From Paragordius varius (Eukaryota > Animalia > Nematomorpha): a stretch of DNA of 64,000 bases. The stretch is taken from contig OZ176055.1 of assembly GCA_964247055.1 (NCBI GenBank), positions 7,812,001 to 7,876,000 of the forward strand, written 5' to 3'. Positions 49,696-62,326 of the stretch are shown here, in pieces. The notes beneath the pieces were generated by a model that was given only the letters and a program-made list of their open reading frames with translations, made no database searches and was not told the DNA's origin. Position 1 is the first letter of the stretch. The number at the start of each line of letters is the position of its first letter. Both the position numbers and the translations under genes were made by a program.

Positions 49696-49986
49696 TAATT
49701 TCGCGGTCTCGGGCGACATTTATTATATTCTATCTTTCGTCGAAATGGACAAATTTTGCAGGTAATCCAAACTATTTATGAATAATTTCTATGCTAAAAA
49801 ATAGTTTTGAATGAGAACCTGTTCGTATATTCGCTCGCATCTTCAGGGTAAAAAGAGGATAATTGGCATAAAGCTTGAGTTGTTAAAAAATATAAAACTA
49901 CATTAACCATTAACTTAACATCAAATTTTAAAACCGCAATTCATACCGCGAGATTTTTATACATTATTTTAAAATGACGGCATAGC

Positions 49987-50238
49987 ACCAAATCGAACCC
50001 TTGAACAATTTTAATTTACCCTTGAACAATTCCAATTCACCCTCGAACAATTCAAATTCACCCTAAAATAAATGTATTTTTAATTTTGTTTAATATTAGA
50101 ATTACGCTAAAAAATAAATTAACTAAACCATAAAGATATATTTCATATTAATAATGAGTTATATTAGGTCGAAAACACATAATATATTTTTAGGATGAAT
50201 TTGAATTGTTCAAGGGTGAATTTGAAGTGCAAATGATA
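49987..50238. mobile_element. MITE family B, opposite orientation
   Basis: 21-bp units at both ends; internal ATAATGAGTTATATTAGGTCGAAAACACAT is the reverse complement of the internal segment of the other copies. Confidence 0.8.
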
Positions 50239-51356
50239 TATATTAACAGAGATCAAAAAGACCTTTGTTAAAGAACAATTTTTGAGATTTCGATGACAAC
50301 GTATCGTATCAGTTAATAATTTCAACTTATAAATATTGATTTAGCAGCAGCTGTATTTTTTCGCGTCCTTGTTCTATATCATTTGCGACGGTTTAACAAA
50401 TCGTTTGTGTAAATGTACATATTTAATAAACTTATTAAAAATATATTTCTTATGTAAATAACAAGGCTATATACCAGGGGTGTCCAACACAAATGGCTTG
50501 AAGAGCCACCTTTTCGACCTCAAAATTCCAAAGAGCCATTTTTATTTATACATATCAAGACATTAGTAACAAATGAATTTATTATATTTATATAGATGTG
50601 CTAATTTTCATATCAAAAAGAAAATAAACAGTATAAATATAATAATGTTTTGCTAATTAAATCATATCAATGTGTAAAAAAAAGATAAAAATTTATGGAT
50701 ATGGTAAACTTATTGCAATTCGATAGTATGACTAGAGTAGACTGTGCGAATTTAATTGCCAAAATTTAACCTTTTTTTATCTAATAAAATTAAAAGAAAT
50801 ATATATTTTTCATTGCATTATTAAATTTTTAATGGGATATATCTTTTGTAATTTTTTTGCTTATTCAGATCTATATCATTTGATACAGCACATCTAAATT
50901 CATTCTCCAAGTTTTCATCAGTTAATAAAGAACGTGAAAGAGATTTTGTGTATTTCATTTTAGAAAAAAAACTTTCACAAAGATAAGTGGACCCAAAAGC
51001 ACAAATTAATCTTTGTGCAAAAATTCTTTAATTAGGAAATTTATCAAACGTTATATATTTTTTATAAAATTCAATTTTATTTGTTTGCTCAAATAATAAT
51101 TTTAATTTATTATTAGATTGCATATCTAGTAATTCCATTTGTAAATTAATAGGAGCGTTGATAGCTTCAACGTAGAATGGACAACAAAATACAAATGTTT
51201 TTTCATATTTTGTCATATCCCCGTATCGATTATTAAAAGCTTTTGATATATGTTGATTTAATCTGCATATTTTGAAAAATCGTTAGTTTTACCAGCTTTA
51301 AATCTATTCAATTCTGGAAAATGTGCATTATTATTTTTTAAATGGCATTCAAATAA

Positions 51357-51900
51357 TAATAAATCAAGAAGGAGTATAGATAGTTAGTCTACCGAGTTGC
51401 AGGTTGGATATATCAGTATACCCTAATTAGCATCAGAGACTATGAGAAACCAAATTTTGTTGACAGTGTTTACCACGTGTCATAGTGTGAGACGCGTTTC
51501 GTCCTTTTTGTGGACTCATCAGCCACACATAATGAACACGGGTAAACACTGTCACTTCAGGAATTGTATATAAATTGAGTTTTGATTGAAACCGAATAGA
51601 GTCGGGGAAATAAATATTATAGAGCTTAGAGTCCATATTGGACAACCGATAATACCAAAATTCAACCAAATATTATGACTCCTTATAATCCTTAAGCTAG
51701 GATTAAGCTTTTTGTAATTAGAAAATCAAGAAACCAAATTTTGTAGACAGTGTTTATTTGGTTTCTCATAGTATCTGTTGCTAATTGATATACTAATATA
51801 TCCAACCTGCAACTCGGTAGACTAACTATCTATACTCCTTCTTGATTTATAACTTATAAGGAGATGGCGCCTACCGCCAAAAAATTTCTGAATTCCAGGA
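51357..51900 (-). mobile_element. 544-bp Penelope-like/retrozyme-type non-autonomous insertion inside the hAT transposase
   Basis: Exact 10-bp TSD ATTCAAATAA at 51347-51356 and 51901-51910; removal rejoins KKLTLFE|CHLKNNNAHFP. Contains an inverted pair of about 95 bp (from 51359 and ending 51850), a 28-bp direct repeat and a hammerhead ribozyme. Class assignment is inference. Confidence 0.75.
51462..51553 (-). ncRNA. Type I hammerhead ribozyme
   Basis: The - strand reads GUGUGG-CUGAUGA-GUCC-ACAAAAA-GGAC-GAAA-CGCG-UC-UCACAC: intact core, 4-bp stem II, minimal palindromic stem III, stem I extended by GACAGUGUUUACC/GGUAAACACUGUC. Predicted cleavage after GUC, between 51491 and 51490. Confidence 0.92.
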
Positions 51901-53124
51901 ATTCAAATAACGTCAATTTTTTACAAAGCGCTTTAATATGGTTCATCAACAATCAAATTATCTTGCTTTTGCAAGGATTCATTTAATTGATTTAGTTTTT
52001 CGGTAATATCTACGGAAAAGCATAAATCTGACAACCAATCTTCATTGGTTAATTCCTCTACCAAATAATTATTCTGCAATAGAAAAATTTTTATTTCTTT
52101 TAATTAATAATAAAACCTTTTTAGACATTTCCCTAGACTAAGCCACCTTACATTTGAAAAAAATATAAGATCTCCATATTCTGAATGATTTTTTAATAAC
52201 TTAAACTGCCTATGATTCAAAGCATGAAATTTTATAAAATTAACTACTTTAATAACAACGGTCATAACATTGTCCATTGTCAGAGCATGTGCGCAGAGAT
52301 TTTCACAGTGAATCATGCTATGCATTATATATATGGTCAATATTAATACCATCGGATTCCATCTTATTTAACAATAATTTCACGGTTCCCTTGTTTTTTC
52401 CCATCATAGCTGGGGCACCATCTGTTGTCAAACATGATAGCCCCCTCATATTTATTTTATTGTCCTCAATGCATTTTAAATTGCATGAAACATATCATCT
52501 CCCTTAGTTGTATTTTTCATCGGAAGTAAGCCTAACATATCTCCTGTTATATTAAAAAATTCATCTATCCCTCGAATAAAGACTACCAATTGTGATATGT
52601 TGCTTACATCTGTGCTTTCATCAAATGACAAGGAAAACGCCACAAAATTTTAAATTCTTTCTTTTAGGGAAAGTTAAATTTTTTCTGCGATGTCTGTAAT
52701 TCGTCGACGCTGTGTATTGCGCGAAAGACTTATACTGGATATTAATTCAACTTTATTAGGCAAAACACATTTTATTATTTCCAGTACGCATTCCTTTACA
52801 AACTCATCATCAGAATAAGGCTTCATTTTTTTGGCGTGGCAACAATATAACTTGCCCTTACTGTCGGATAAGGTGTGAATGAAATTGTTGGTTGGAGATT
52901 ATTAATATTTTTTAAAGATTCTAATTTTATATTTTCATTTCTGTAGTTATATTAATAAAATCCAAATGCATGGTATTGGCATGTCTTTTTAAATTATATT
53001 CGCGAAACCCGTTTGTCGTAAATTTGCAAATAAGGCGCTCCGCTTTGTTGAAAATTTGAGAAAACCCATATTTTAATTCTCAGTCGGGATTGTATTTAGT
53101 TACTATTTTAGATTTATGCATATT

Positions 53125-53497
53125 GAAAGGTAAATAAATTATTTTAAATACCTATTTTTTTGCAAGTAATTTAATGTTTCAATGTACCCAAATTATAATT
53201 CCCAGTATTGGTATGAAAGCTATATAAATTATTTTAAATACCTATTTTTTGCAAGTAATTTAATTTTTCAATGGACCTTAATTATAATTCTCAGTATTGG
53301 TATGAATAAATACATTATTTTAAATACCTCTTTTTTGCAAGTATTTCAATGTTTCATTGGTCCCTAATTATTCCCAATATTGGTATGAAAGCTAAATAAA
53401 TTAATTTAAATACCTATTTTTTGCAAGTATTTCAAAGTTTCAATGGACCCAAATTAAGTATTGGTATGAAAGCTAAATAAATTATTTTAAATACCTA
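53125..53497. repeat. About 4.5 tandem copies of an 81-90 bp unit in the hAT 5' region
   Basis: ATTTTAAATACC-like anchors at 53141, 53231, 53317, 53403 and 53484. Confidence 0.9.
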
Positions 53498-54689
53498 AGT
53501 TAAATGCTTTAATTTAATGTGAAAGTTATCATCTTGAAGTTGGAAATAACATGAAGGGAAAAATGTGTTTTATAAATGATTAAATAAATGCATTGATAGA
53601 TATTTATAATAAAGAATTTTATTAAAAGTTTATAAAAATAATTTAAATGTCAAAATAAAAATGCATAATTTACATATAAAATTTTTTTAAAAAAGTTAGA
53701 AATTATTTTTTTTTTAAAAAAAATTTATTTTCAAAATTTTCAAAGAGCCACTCAAAATTTTCAATGAGCCACTAGTGGCTCGCGAGTACCCTGTTAGACA
53801 CCCCTGCTATATACAATACCGTATAATTTTTTTAGTAATGTTTTATTTCCAGGGTAAAATTTGCCTAATTATTATATTCGGAATATAATAATCAACATAT
53901 TCTTGATCGCATAAAATTTTGTACATCATACTTCATGTATATCGACAGCTTGGGTAAAATCATTAATAATGATATGGCATTATATTAAAATTTTCCAACA
54001 AAATTTGATCATTTATGGAGTTTTATGGTATAAATATTTTTCTTTTAGATAACTCCAAAATTTTATTTTACAGTCATCCCCTTTAAAAGGTTACAATTAT
54101 GAGCGCTCGTAGGAATTAAATGATGTATAAACCATAGAACTATTACTTTAAATCGAAATTTGGTTTCAAATATTATTAGAATAAAAAATTCTGTTAAAAT
54201 TATCTAAATTTTTTTATTTTTTTTGAGTTTACTACTTTGGTCCAGAAAGAAAATACGCGACCCATACCCCAATATAAATGGTTTCGGTATGAAATGTTTG
54301 AAAAAATGATTTATAAAATTTCAAATATGTCAGATAAGTCTACTTCATGTTTTAATTTCAATAGAGTATTATATTTCATGCAATATATAATTTAGGCTAA
54401 AAGAGGGAACGATAATATATAATTATGGATATACTTTTATAACTCCAGGAACCAATTTTGAACTAGTTCCGCGAGAAAAATATGGCAATAAGGTTGACAA
54501 AATATTACAATTTTAAAATTTATAAAACTCTTAATATGTAATTAAACTAGTGAATAGCATAAAAATATTTTTTGGGTTGACTTAGCTCAAATTCTTTATT
54601 TTCAGAAAATTAATAGGTGGTGAATCTTATAAAGTCGCTTTTTAATTGAAATAATAAGTAAAAAAATTTTATTGTAATTGTTTCGGGCC

Positions 54690-55873
54690 TAAAATTCATT
54701 TGAAGGCCGACTTCTGTATACTGTAAAATACTATAATTTATATAAAAATTTGTGGAAAGACAGTTCAAATGGAAAAGCCGTTTCCTTTTAAACAAGATTA
54801 ATTAAGTTCGCTGAAAAATCAAGACTCAAAATAACCACCCTTTAAATTCAATATTATAACTATTTAGCAATATTTGTGACAGTTAATAAATCCGATCTTA
54901 AAGAGTATAACTAATTGTATTTGCCGATACATCCGAAGCGCCTCAAATTTGTCAGGGTTTAAACTTTATTATTGGATTAAGTAGAACAATTGTTTTTTCA
55001 CTTAAAAGAGGATATATATAATTTTAGCGTTTAAGTCAGATTTAACAATTTATCAAATTACGACTTAATTCTTTAAATTTCCATATTCTTACACGTTTAT
55101 CTAAAAATATTGCACATTTAAAAAATTTACTCAATCAAAGTTAACAATTAAAACTGGGACAAATTATTTATTTGCAGAAAATGTATAATTGATTTGATTT
55201 AACGGTACTAAAAAATTGACAAGTAAAATTGTACCTAAGCGAATTATTGTCATATAAGTCGCTTAAATAGATATGACTCTTGGGTTTAATTTAAAATAAA
55301 CTCAATGCCATATGAACTGAAATTATGCAAAGTTATATTTTAAAATCATTTTTAAAAAATGACGCCTAGTGCATAATGATCTGTATCAAATTAGACCATT
55401 GGAATGGAATTATATTTATTACATAACAATTAAATATAAATAATTTACGGCTTTTTAATGTCAGACTTTAAAGGTGCTGAAGCCTTTTGTGATTTGTTTT
55501 TGTTGGCGGGGTTTAGTGATTTGGGTTTACCCTTTTTAAGATTATCCATATTATTTTTAATTGCATTATAAAAAATCTATGATATTAGAATCTAAGAAAT
55601 TTACTTGTTGGAATTTGGTTACTTCTTTGTGTGGTACCTAACATTAATTAAAATAAATTTTACATGGGTACTAATCTTCTTTTTTCGCCCAAACGTTACG
55701 CGTAAAAGGACGTCAGAATGTTTTGTATCGGTGTGAGACGTTAATTGTGCATGAGCTTCTTTAATTCTGTCAGATTTTTTACGACTTTTTTCTGTATCTA
55801 TTGTTATAAAGGCAATGTTACATTTTTTAATAGAAAATCGAGTTATTCCATTTGATTTATTGGCTTTAGTCAT
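54690..55873 (-). CDS. Possible small multi-exon gene divergent from GOSR2; product unknown
   Basis: K-rich ORF 55619-55873 plus coding-like patches ending at GT donors (MDNLKKGKPKSLNPANK...KKP near 55460-55550; LNPDKFEALRMYRQIQL near 54910-54960). No consistent model or homology obtained. Confidence 0.3.
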
Positions 55874-56128
55874 TAATTTATTTAATTCGGCTATAAACTA
55901 AAAATTTAGATAAGCAAAACCAATTCATTTTCTAACAAAACCATAAAACGTGTTTTTTTCAAAAAAAATTACCAACTGATATTTTTTCTAAAATGTTAAA
56001 AATCTGTAATAAAACCATAAAACTATAAAATAATCTTAAATTATTTGTGCAATATCTTTTTAATTTTACATAATGATACGTATACGAAATCGGTTTTTTA
56101 AACGTGTATATTACTGGTCACGATTTTG

Positions 56129-57763
56129 ATGATTGAACAATTATTCCATGAAGTTGAAAGTCTTTTTCAAGATATTCAATCTCATTTGCAAAGACTTCAT
56201 TCGTGTATCGCTTTTGATTCCGAAAATGGAAATAATAAAGCTTTTCATCAGTTAGAGGCTATTATTGAGTCCAAATTTACTGAGCTAAGTGATTTTATTA
56301 GTAAAATTGAATTAAGCATTTCTAAACAATCCAATTCAAATCCCAATAAAGCCATGTACAAGGGACACCTTGAACAAATACGATATGAAATACGACACAA
56401 TAGGGGAAACTTTGACGGTTTAAAACTCAAGCATCAATCCAAAATAAATGCTTATAATCAACGGGAAGCTTTGATGGCTACCCGTTTTAAACCAAATGAT
56501 AGCTCAAACAAAGATTTTAATATTAATTTAAACGGCATTTTACAGGATCAAGAAATAAATGGTATTTATACAATTTATCATTCAATGATACATATTTTTA
56601 AATATAAATAGTTTTATTCCGGAGTTTGTTCTTTGCGCCCTTTAATTTAGATATATAATATAATGATTCAAATTTTATTGTTAGTTATGTGACATTTTCA
56701 TTCACATAAAATATCTGGGCATTGAACCAGAACCTTAAGAATGCAAATCGGTCTGTGCATTACATTTAACAAACACTAGTTAAGGAGTTGAAATTAATAT
56801 ATGAACATCTGCATTGAGAACCGGATTTTGTAAGAAAACGGTGTAATTAAAAGTCTTTTAGATCCAATTTCATATTTAGCTACATCTTTTAGCCCTCGTA
56901 TGTATAGTTTATTCAATCCAAATAGACAGTTATATTTATATTTTTTTCTCTAGGCTATGTTATTAAAATTTTCATATATTGAAATTTTTTTTCCAAAATA
57001 GTTTATTCAATCAAATTACATTTTATTTTTCCTAATTTAATTTATTTTGATTTATAAAATAGCAAATTAATCCTAAAAAATGTCAATGAATCATTAGTTT
57101 TGTAAAATTGTTTGTTTAATGAGGGAGGAGTTTAATTTTTTTTAATAGTTTATTCTATGTTTTAATATTTAATAATTTTTTCCTTAAATTATTTTTGATA
57201 GTTTATCTACAGTTATGTATCCTTTTTTTATCAAAAATTTATTTTTTTCGTTAAATAGGTATATTTAAAGAATGGAAAAAACAAGAGCTCTATGGTAATT
57301 CTTATCATTTTTTGATGAATATGATATTGTTAATATCATAGAGCTCTTGTTTTTTCCATTCTTTAACAAATATTTATACCCATTTAACCAATGAAATATT
57401 ATTTTGATAAAATAAAGGATACATGACTGTATATTACAACTTTTCCTAAAATAGTTTATTTAAATCCAATTTTTTGATCCCCCCCCCCATATAGGTAAGC
57501 ACGCTCGTTCCCTACTGTCTTCAAACGCACAAGTTGATGTATTGCTTGATGCAGGTCGTACAGTACTTCAAGGCTTACGACATCAACGGCTCAGTCTCAA
57601 GCAAATTCAAACTAAAATGCTGGGCGTGCTTGAAACGCTCGGTCTTTCCAACACACTTATGCGCCTTATTGAACGACGAACGCTTCAAGATAAATTTATT
57701 ATGTATGGTGGTATGGCAGTTACTACCATACTCGTTTTTTTCATCCTTATATACCTGAGATAA
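56129..57763 (+). CDS. GOSR2: Golgi Qb-SNARE membrin/GS27, 2 exons, 233 aa
   Basis: Exons 56129-56561 and 57495-57763 (702 nt); REALMATRFKPND, GLRHQRLSLK, LGLSNTLMRLIERRTLQDKFIMYGGM and a C-terminal transmembrane anchor match GOSR2. Confidence 0.92.
57210..57429. mobile_element. Palindromic MITE family C in the GOSR2 intron
   Basis: TA|CAGTTATGTATCC ... GGATACATGACTG|TA; spacer inverted relative to 8660-8886. Confidence 0.9.
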
Positions 57764-58524
57764 AAATGAATCCTTTAAAAGTTAAATTTGTCCAATTTAG
57801 AATAAGGAATATTTAAGGAGGATGCATTTATTTGGGGTGAAATGTTATCAAATTTTCCCAAAAATAATGGATATTTATATTGGAAACACAATCACATAAT
57901 TTTATATTTGTTAGTCATTGCACAATTCAATATATGACTATCTTCAATAAATTATTTTTAAACATATTATACAATTTTATTATATATTCACCCGCGGACT
58001 TTTCAAATTATCCCTAGATACAATATATCTGTTTTTGAATTCTAAGAATATTTTTATTTTTTGATTTTTAAATAAAAAATTTCGTTTAAAATTAACAAAT
58101 TCAGAAAAAATGATAAATTAAATATTTTTTGGAATTAAAGTGTTCAATAGTATGTTCGAGAGGAATTTATAAAGTTTAACGGTGAATTTGAGGTCTAATA
58201 GTATATCTATATATGCCATGATTATACATAAGCAAATTTTTAGATTAAACTTGATAGAATAAAAGGAGGACATATTAAAAGTTTAATTATAATTATAGAA
58301 GATTTTTAAGCGAAAACATAATTTATAGAAGTATATCGAGCACAACTTTAAACTCTCAAATATTTAAGCTAGTGTCATATATAACTATGCGGTCTCGTTT
58401 AAATTTATGTTTTGTTAAATAAATAACATTTAGATGGGTTTGCAGCAAAGAGATGTAAATGATTCCGATTACTGAGATAACATTTTTTACCCCAAAGAAA
58501 TCGGAAACTAGGTGAATCCTTACT

Positions 58525-58880
58525 ACTTCATTACCTTTTGGGGTATTTATATATCCCAGAGCGATTTGATTGAATATTATAGAAAGTATTTAAGTTATAA
58601 GGCCAAATTCAAAATATGCTCTAAAGATGTAAAAAATTCCTTCTCAAATTTTTTGGCTGCAAATTGCTAAAAAAATTAATATATATTTTTATGGTTAGAG
58701 ATAATAAGCTGTTTATTTTAATTGTTTTTTGGAGCTGTCCCAATTTTATACCCTATAGAAGTTAAAAAACTGTAGAAATATAAGCTTTGTTATCGAATAC
58801 AACAAAGTTGATTAATTTAAGTAAAACACTCAAACAGTAAATTATTAACAAGACTTTGGAATATAAATCAATCCCAAATG
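58525..58880. mobile_element. MITE family D, inverted and diverged copy
   Basis: ACTTCATTACCTTTTGGGGTA...ATCCCAGAGCGAT and CCCAATTTTA...AGAAGT..AAAACTGTA.AAATATAAGCTTT are reverse complements of parts of 26760-27216. Confidence 0.65.
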
Positions 58881-59159
58881 CACATAAAATTAAAAATGTT
58901 AAAATATTACAATAATTACCCCAAAAATAAAATTTATATCAAATTTATTAAGTAGGATAACAAGGTAAAAGAATGGAAGTCAGAATCAGCTAACTTTCAA
59001 TGAAAATTAATTATAAATCTAATAATTTCCCTTAAAAATTTTGTCGAAATTTAATTTTGGTACGCTTTAAAAAAATGAAATGACTCAAAAATTAATTAAA
59101 TAAATGGCGTATTTAGATAATCGCGTAATAATTCAAGGGATCTAAAGTAATTTTAATTA

Positions 59160-59561
59160 TTAAATAATAATTGCGATATAAATATGTATAAAGCGGAACA
59201 GTATGCAATATTGGTAATATGGTACATTACAGAGATTTACAAGAATTTTTATTGGATTGAAATGTTGCTTGAAATATACTGCTTGCGGCCATTAGATTTT
59301 CAATATACTGACCCAACACTTGATTTTCAGATTTTAGCCTCAAATTTTCCTCTTTAACCGCGTCTACTCTTAAAGTTATATCTAAATTTATATTAAAAAT
59401 AAACCTTCTAATGTGTGTTGTAGTTCCAAAATTCTATTTATAAGTTTGGTTTTTTCAGTAATTTCTACATCTTCATTATTCGATTTTGGCGTAAGCTCAC
59501 TCGTATCATTGTTTTCTATGACCCCATCGTCGACCAGTGGAATATCATCGATACGATCCAT
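59160..59561 (-). CDS. SCOC: Short coiled-coil protein SCOC (not in the ORF track because a 23-nt intron splits it)
   Basis: [13 protein letters not shown]...[17 protein letters not shown]|[38 protein letters not shown] closely matches SCOC; intron 59382-59404. C-terminal extent uncertain. Confidence 0.93.
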
Positions 59562-60477
59562 ATGCTTTATTGTGTGTGCCCTATAATTATGCTATAAATA
59601 ATATGGTTTCATTTTAGATTAATGCTTCTTTTTTAAAATAAATTATTTAAATAATCCAAAACGTCTATATATAATTTAGTTTTATGTAAAAAATCCATAT
59701 CGGACTACCTTGGCGCTGTATTTTTTACAAAATTTTTATATAGTTATTTTTTATTTTAAAGCTAAAATTAAAATTAATTTTAGCGTTAAAAAAACTAAAC
59801 GAAAAAAATGGTTTATTTTGCTTTATTTTTATGTATGTTAATTTTATATTTCGGTTCAATGTTATATAAAGTGCAAAGTTATGTAGTTTTAATTTATTTT
59901 TGAAATATTTGATTTTAAGCAGGCCTAACGTCGCAAGCTACCACAATTTTATATTGAAATACAAAAATGAATGATTGTTTCCAAGTGTGCTACAACCCCT
60001 ATTCAAGACATTTAAAAATTCTAAAATAAATTGTTTTTTTTAGCTTAAGGCAGAATTTCAATTTATTTATAATGTTTGGGCTCATTGGATTTTTCTATCA
60101 TGCAGCAGAATTTACTTATAAATACTATTCTTTTAGAAAACAAAAAATTAAATGTCCTTCAATGCTCTTTTTTGTAGACCGAGAAATAGCTTTAATAACC
60201 CATAAAAATAAGAAACACAATAAAAAATATTCTATTAAAACAGTCCACGAAATCGGGATTAATATACTGCGTTCAAAATTGAGGGATATGAAAAATATCT
60301 TGATGAAATATATATTCTGATTGAAAAATTTATCAGGATTTTTATAGTTTGGTTTTAGCCCCTTGACATTTTTATCGCTTAAAAATTTTACTTAATAGTT
60401 CCTATGCGTTAAAACTTTGGCATAATTTCGTAAAAAAATAATACTTATATACCAAATATTTAAAAACGAAACGATGT

Positions 60478-60625
60478 TTTAATCAAAATTCTGAGATATT
60501 AGAGATGTTCAGCCCCAGCGAATTTATAGAAAACGTGTTTTTATGATATCTTAAAGCGTTTATACCGTTTCTAACATGCCTTTGATTAAAATTGTGCTAA
60601 AATAAAATTTTTGAAAAAAAATGCA
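60478..60625. repeat. Dispersed repeat fragment related to 10280-10430
   Basis: See 10280-10430. Confidence 0.5.
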
Positions 60626-62326
60626 TTGATATCAAAATTCATATATTTTATCAGGCAATTCCGGCATTTTGTAATTGTTTTAAGATATCTAGCCCATTTT
60701 AGAGAAAAATTTGGACTTTCAAAGCCCCCTTTTAAAATTATAATCTTTTGGAAATAATTTTTATTTTAAATGTAGTTTATGTCATATTTATTATTTGGAA
60801 TGAAGTCTCTATCTTTCACCAAAAAAATACAATTTAAAAAAATATGCGCAATTTTTACCATTTTCACATATGAAGCACTTGTATAAAAGTGTAAAAAAAC
60901 TCGTAGGGGCCAAAATCAAAAACTCCATGATAATCCTGACACATTTTTCTATCAGTATATATTATTTCATGATTTTTTTGTGGGCAGTTTATATATATGA
61001 TGATATATTAATCCTTTTATTAGATTTTTATATAGCGCTTTTAGTTTTGCGCTTTAAAAGTGATAAAAGAAAGTTATAATGTTGAGGCAAGTGTTCCATA
61101 TCAGAATAATGACTTGCCTATACAGCATTTATGGTGAAAGCTAATCACTAATATATATCTTTAACCAGTGTAACTGAAACCACTACATGCACCTAAAAAT
61201 GCTTTTTTATGGCCCTGAATAATTATTTAAATAATTGGTAATAATTGAAGGATTTTAAGTACGATCGTTATTTATTCTAAAAATTCCGTTTAGTTCTGTT
61301 AATTTATCAATTATAGAATTTTATTTTATGAGAAAAATTCCGGTTTTTTCTTTGAAATTATGCTTCGGTTTTAATCATACGTATCTTTTTGAAGAATTTA
61401 TCGATTTAATGATTCCAATTTAGAAGAAATATTTGAAGGAATTTGCAAAGGATAAGGGTATATTTAGTTGTGGCAAGATGCACCAAATAAATTCAAAAAA
61501 ATAAAATGTGCTGAAGTTATCCATGTTGTTTTGTCTCAACTTACATCTAGGCGGCATATTTATAAATAAAATATTTCAAAAGACATAGGGATAAGACCTT
61601 GGATTGGCCTGTTAAAACCAGATTTGTTAAAGATTGTTGTGGTTAATATTGAAATATGGCCAATTCGCAGAAGATGTTATTAAAAAAATATTTGTGGACT
61701 CAAATCTTGGTGTGTTGATTAAGATTATAAGTGTCTGCATATAGTAAGATCTATTGTTGCTACTATATTATGGCCCATGTGACAATAAAATCATTTTATT
61801 CGGCTGGTCAAAATTTTTTGTGTCTTAAACTATATAAAATAAGCAAAATTAATTGAATTTTTAATTCCAGCGGGATCCGACACCAAATTTTTTAACGCTC
61901 AAGTTTTAAATATAGTAGACATTGCTGATAAAAATTTTGAATATGAGCTAAATTTTGATATAAAAAACTTTTTGTGAAAAAATAAATAAAAATTTAATTT
62001 ATAGCAAAATTTTGTTTTGAGCTGGAGGAAAACGATTTTGACCTCGATTTCATAGAAATAAGCCTGAAGTCATTCATAGATTTGCTTTAGAGATAAAATT
62101 TACAACACATATGGTTTGTTGAATTCGATTATTTCTCAAAAATCACATTAAATGCCTTTGAGAAAAATGTTTCTTAATCAAAAGAGGTGTAGGTTATTGG
62201 AGATCCGGTTAAAAGGTTTTAAGTGCTGTGCATTTCCAACGTTACATTATTTATCTAGAGCGTTTGTTTATTCTAAAAAAGAAATGTAATTATTCCTAAT
62301 GTTAAAACAATGCTTCTTTATTAATA

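Larger units (their letters stand above)
50825..53121 (-). pseudogene. Decayed hAT transposase (GTF2IRD2/Buster-like)
   Basis: EYNLKRH, KPYSDDEFVKEC, ISLSRNT, FSLSFDESTDVSNISQLVVFIR, TTDGAPAM, HCENLCA, VRWLSLGKCLKRF, WLSDLCFSVDITEKLNQLN; many stops and frameshifts; interrupted at 51357-51900; no introns needed to align it. Confidence 0.92.
50475..53806 (-). mobile_element. hAT (Buster/Charlie-type) DNA transposon, 3332 bp
   Basis: TIRs CAGGGGTGTCCAAC / GTTAGACACCCCTG; exact 8-bp TSD CTATATAC at 50467-50474 and 53807-53814; subterminal GAGCCAC repeats. Confidence 0.95.

Noticed and set aside
51433-51669. 78-aa ORF in the nested insertion
   Set aside because: It reads through the ribozyme and shows no RT or endonuclease motif.
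57479-57488. C10 run in AT-rich DNA
   Set aside because: Explained as the polypyrimidine tract of the GOSR2 acceptor at 57493-57494.
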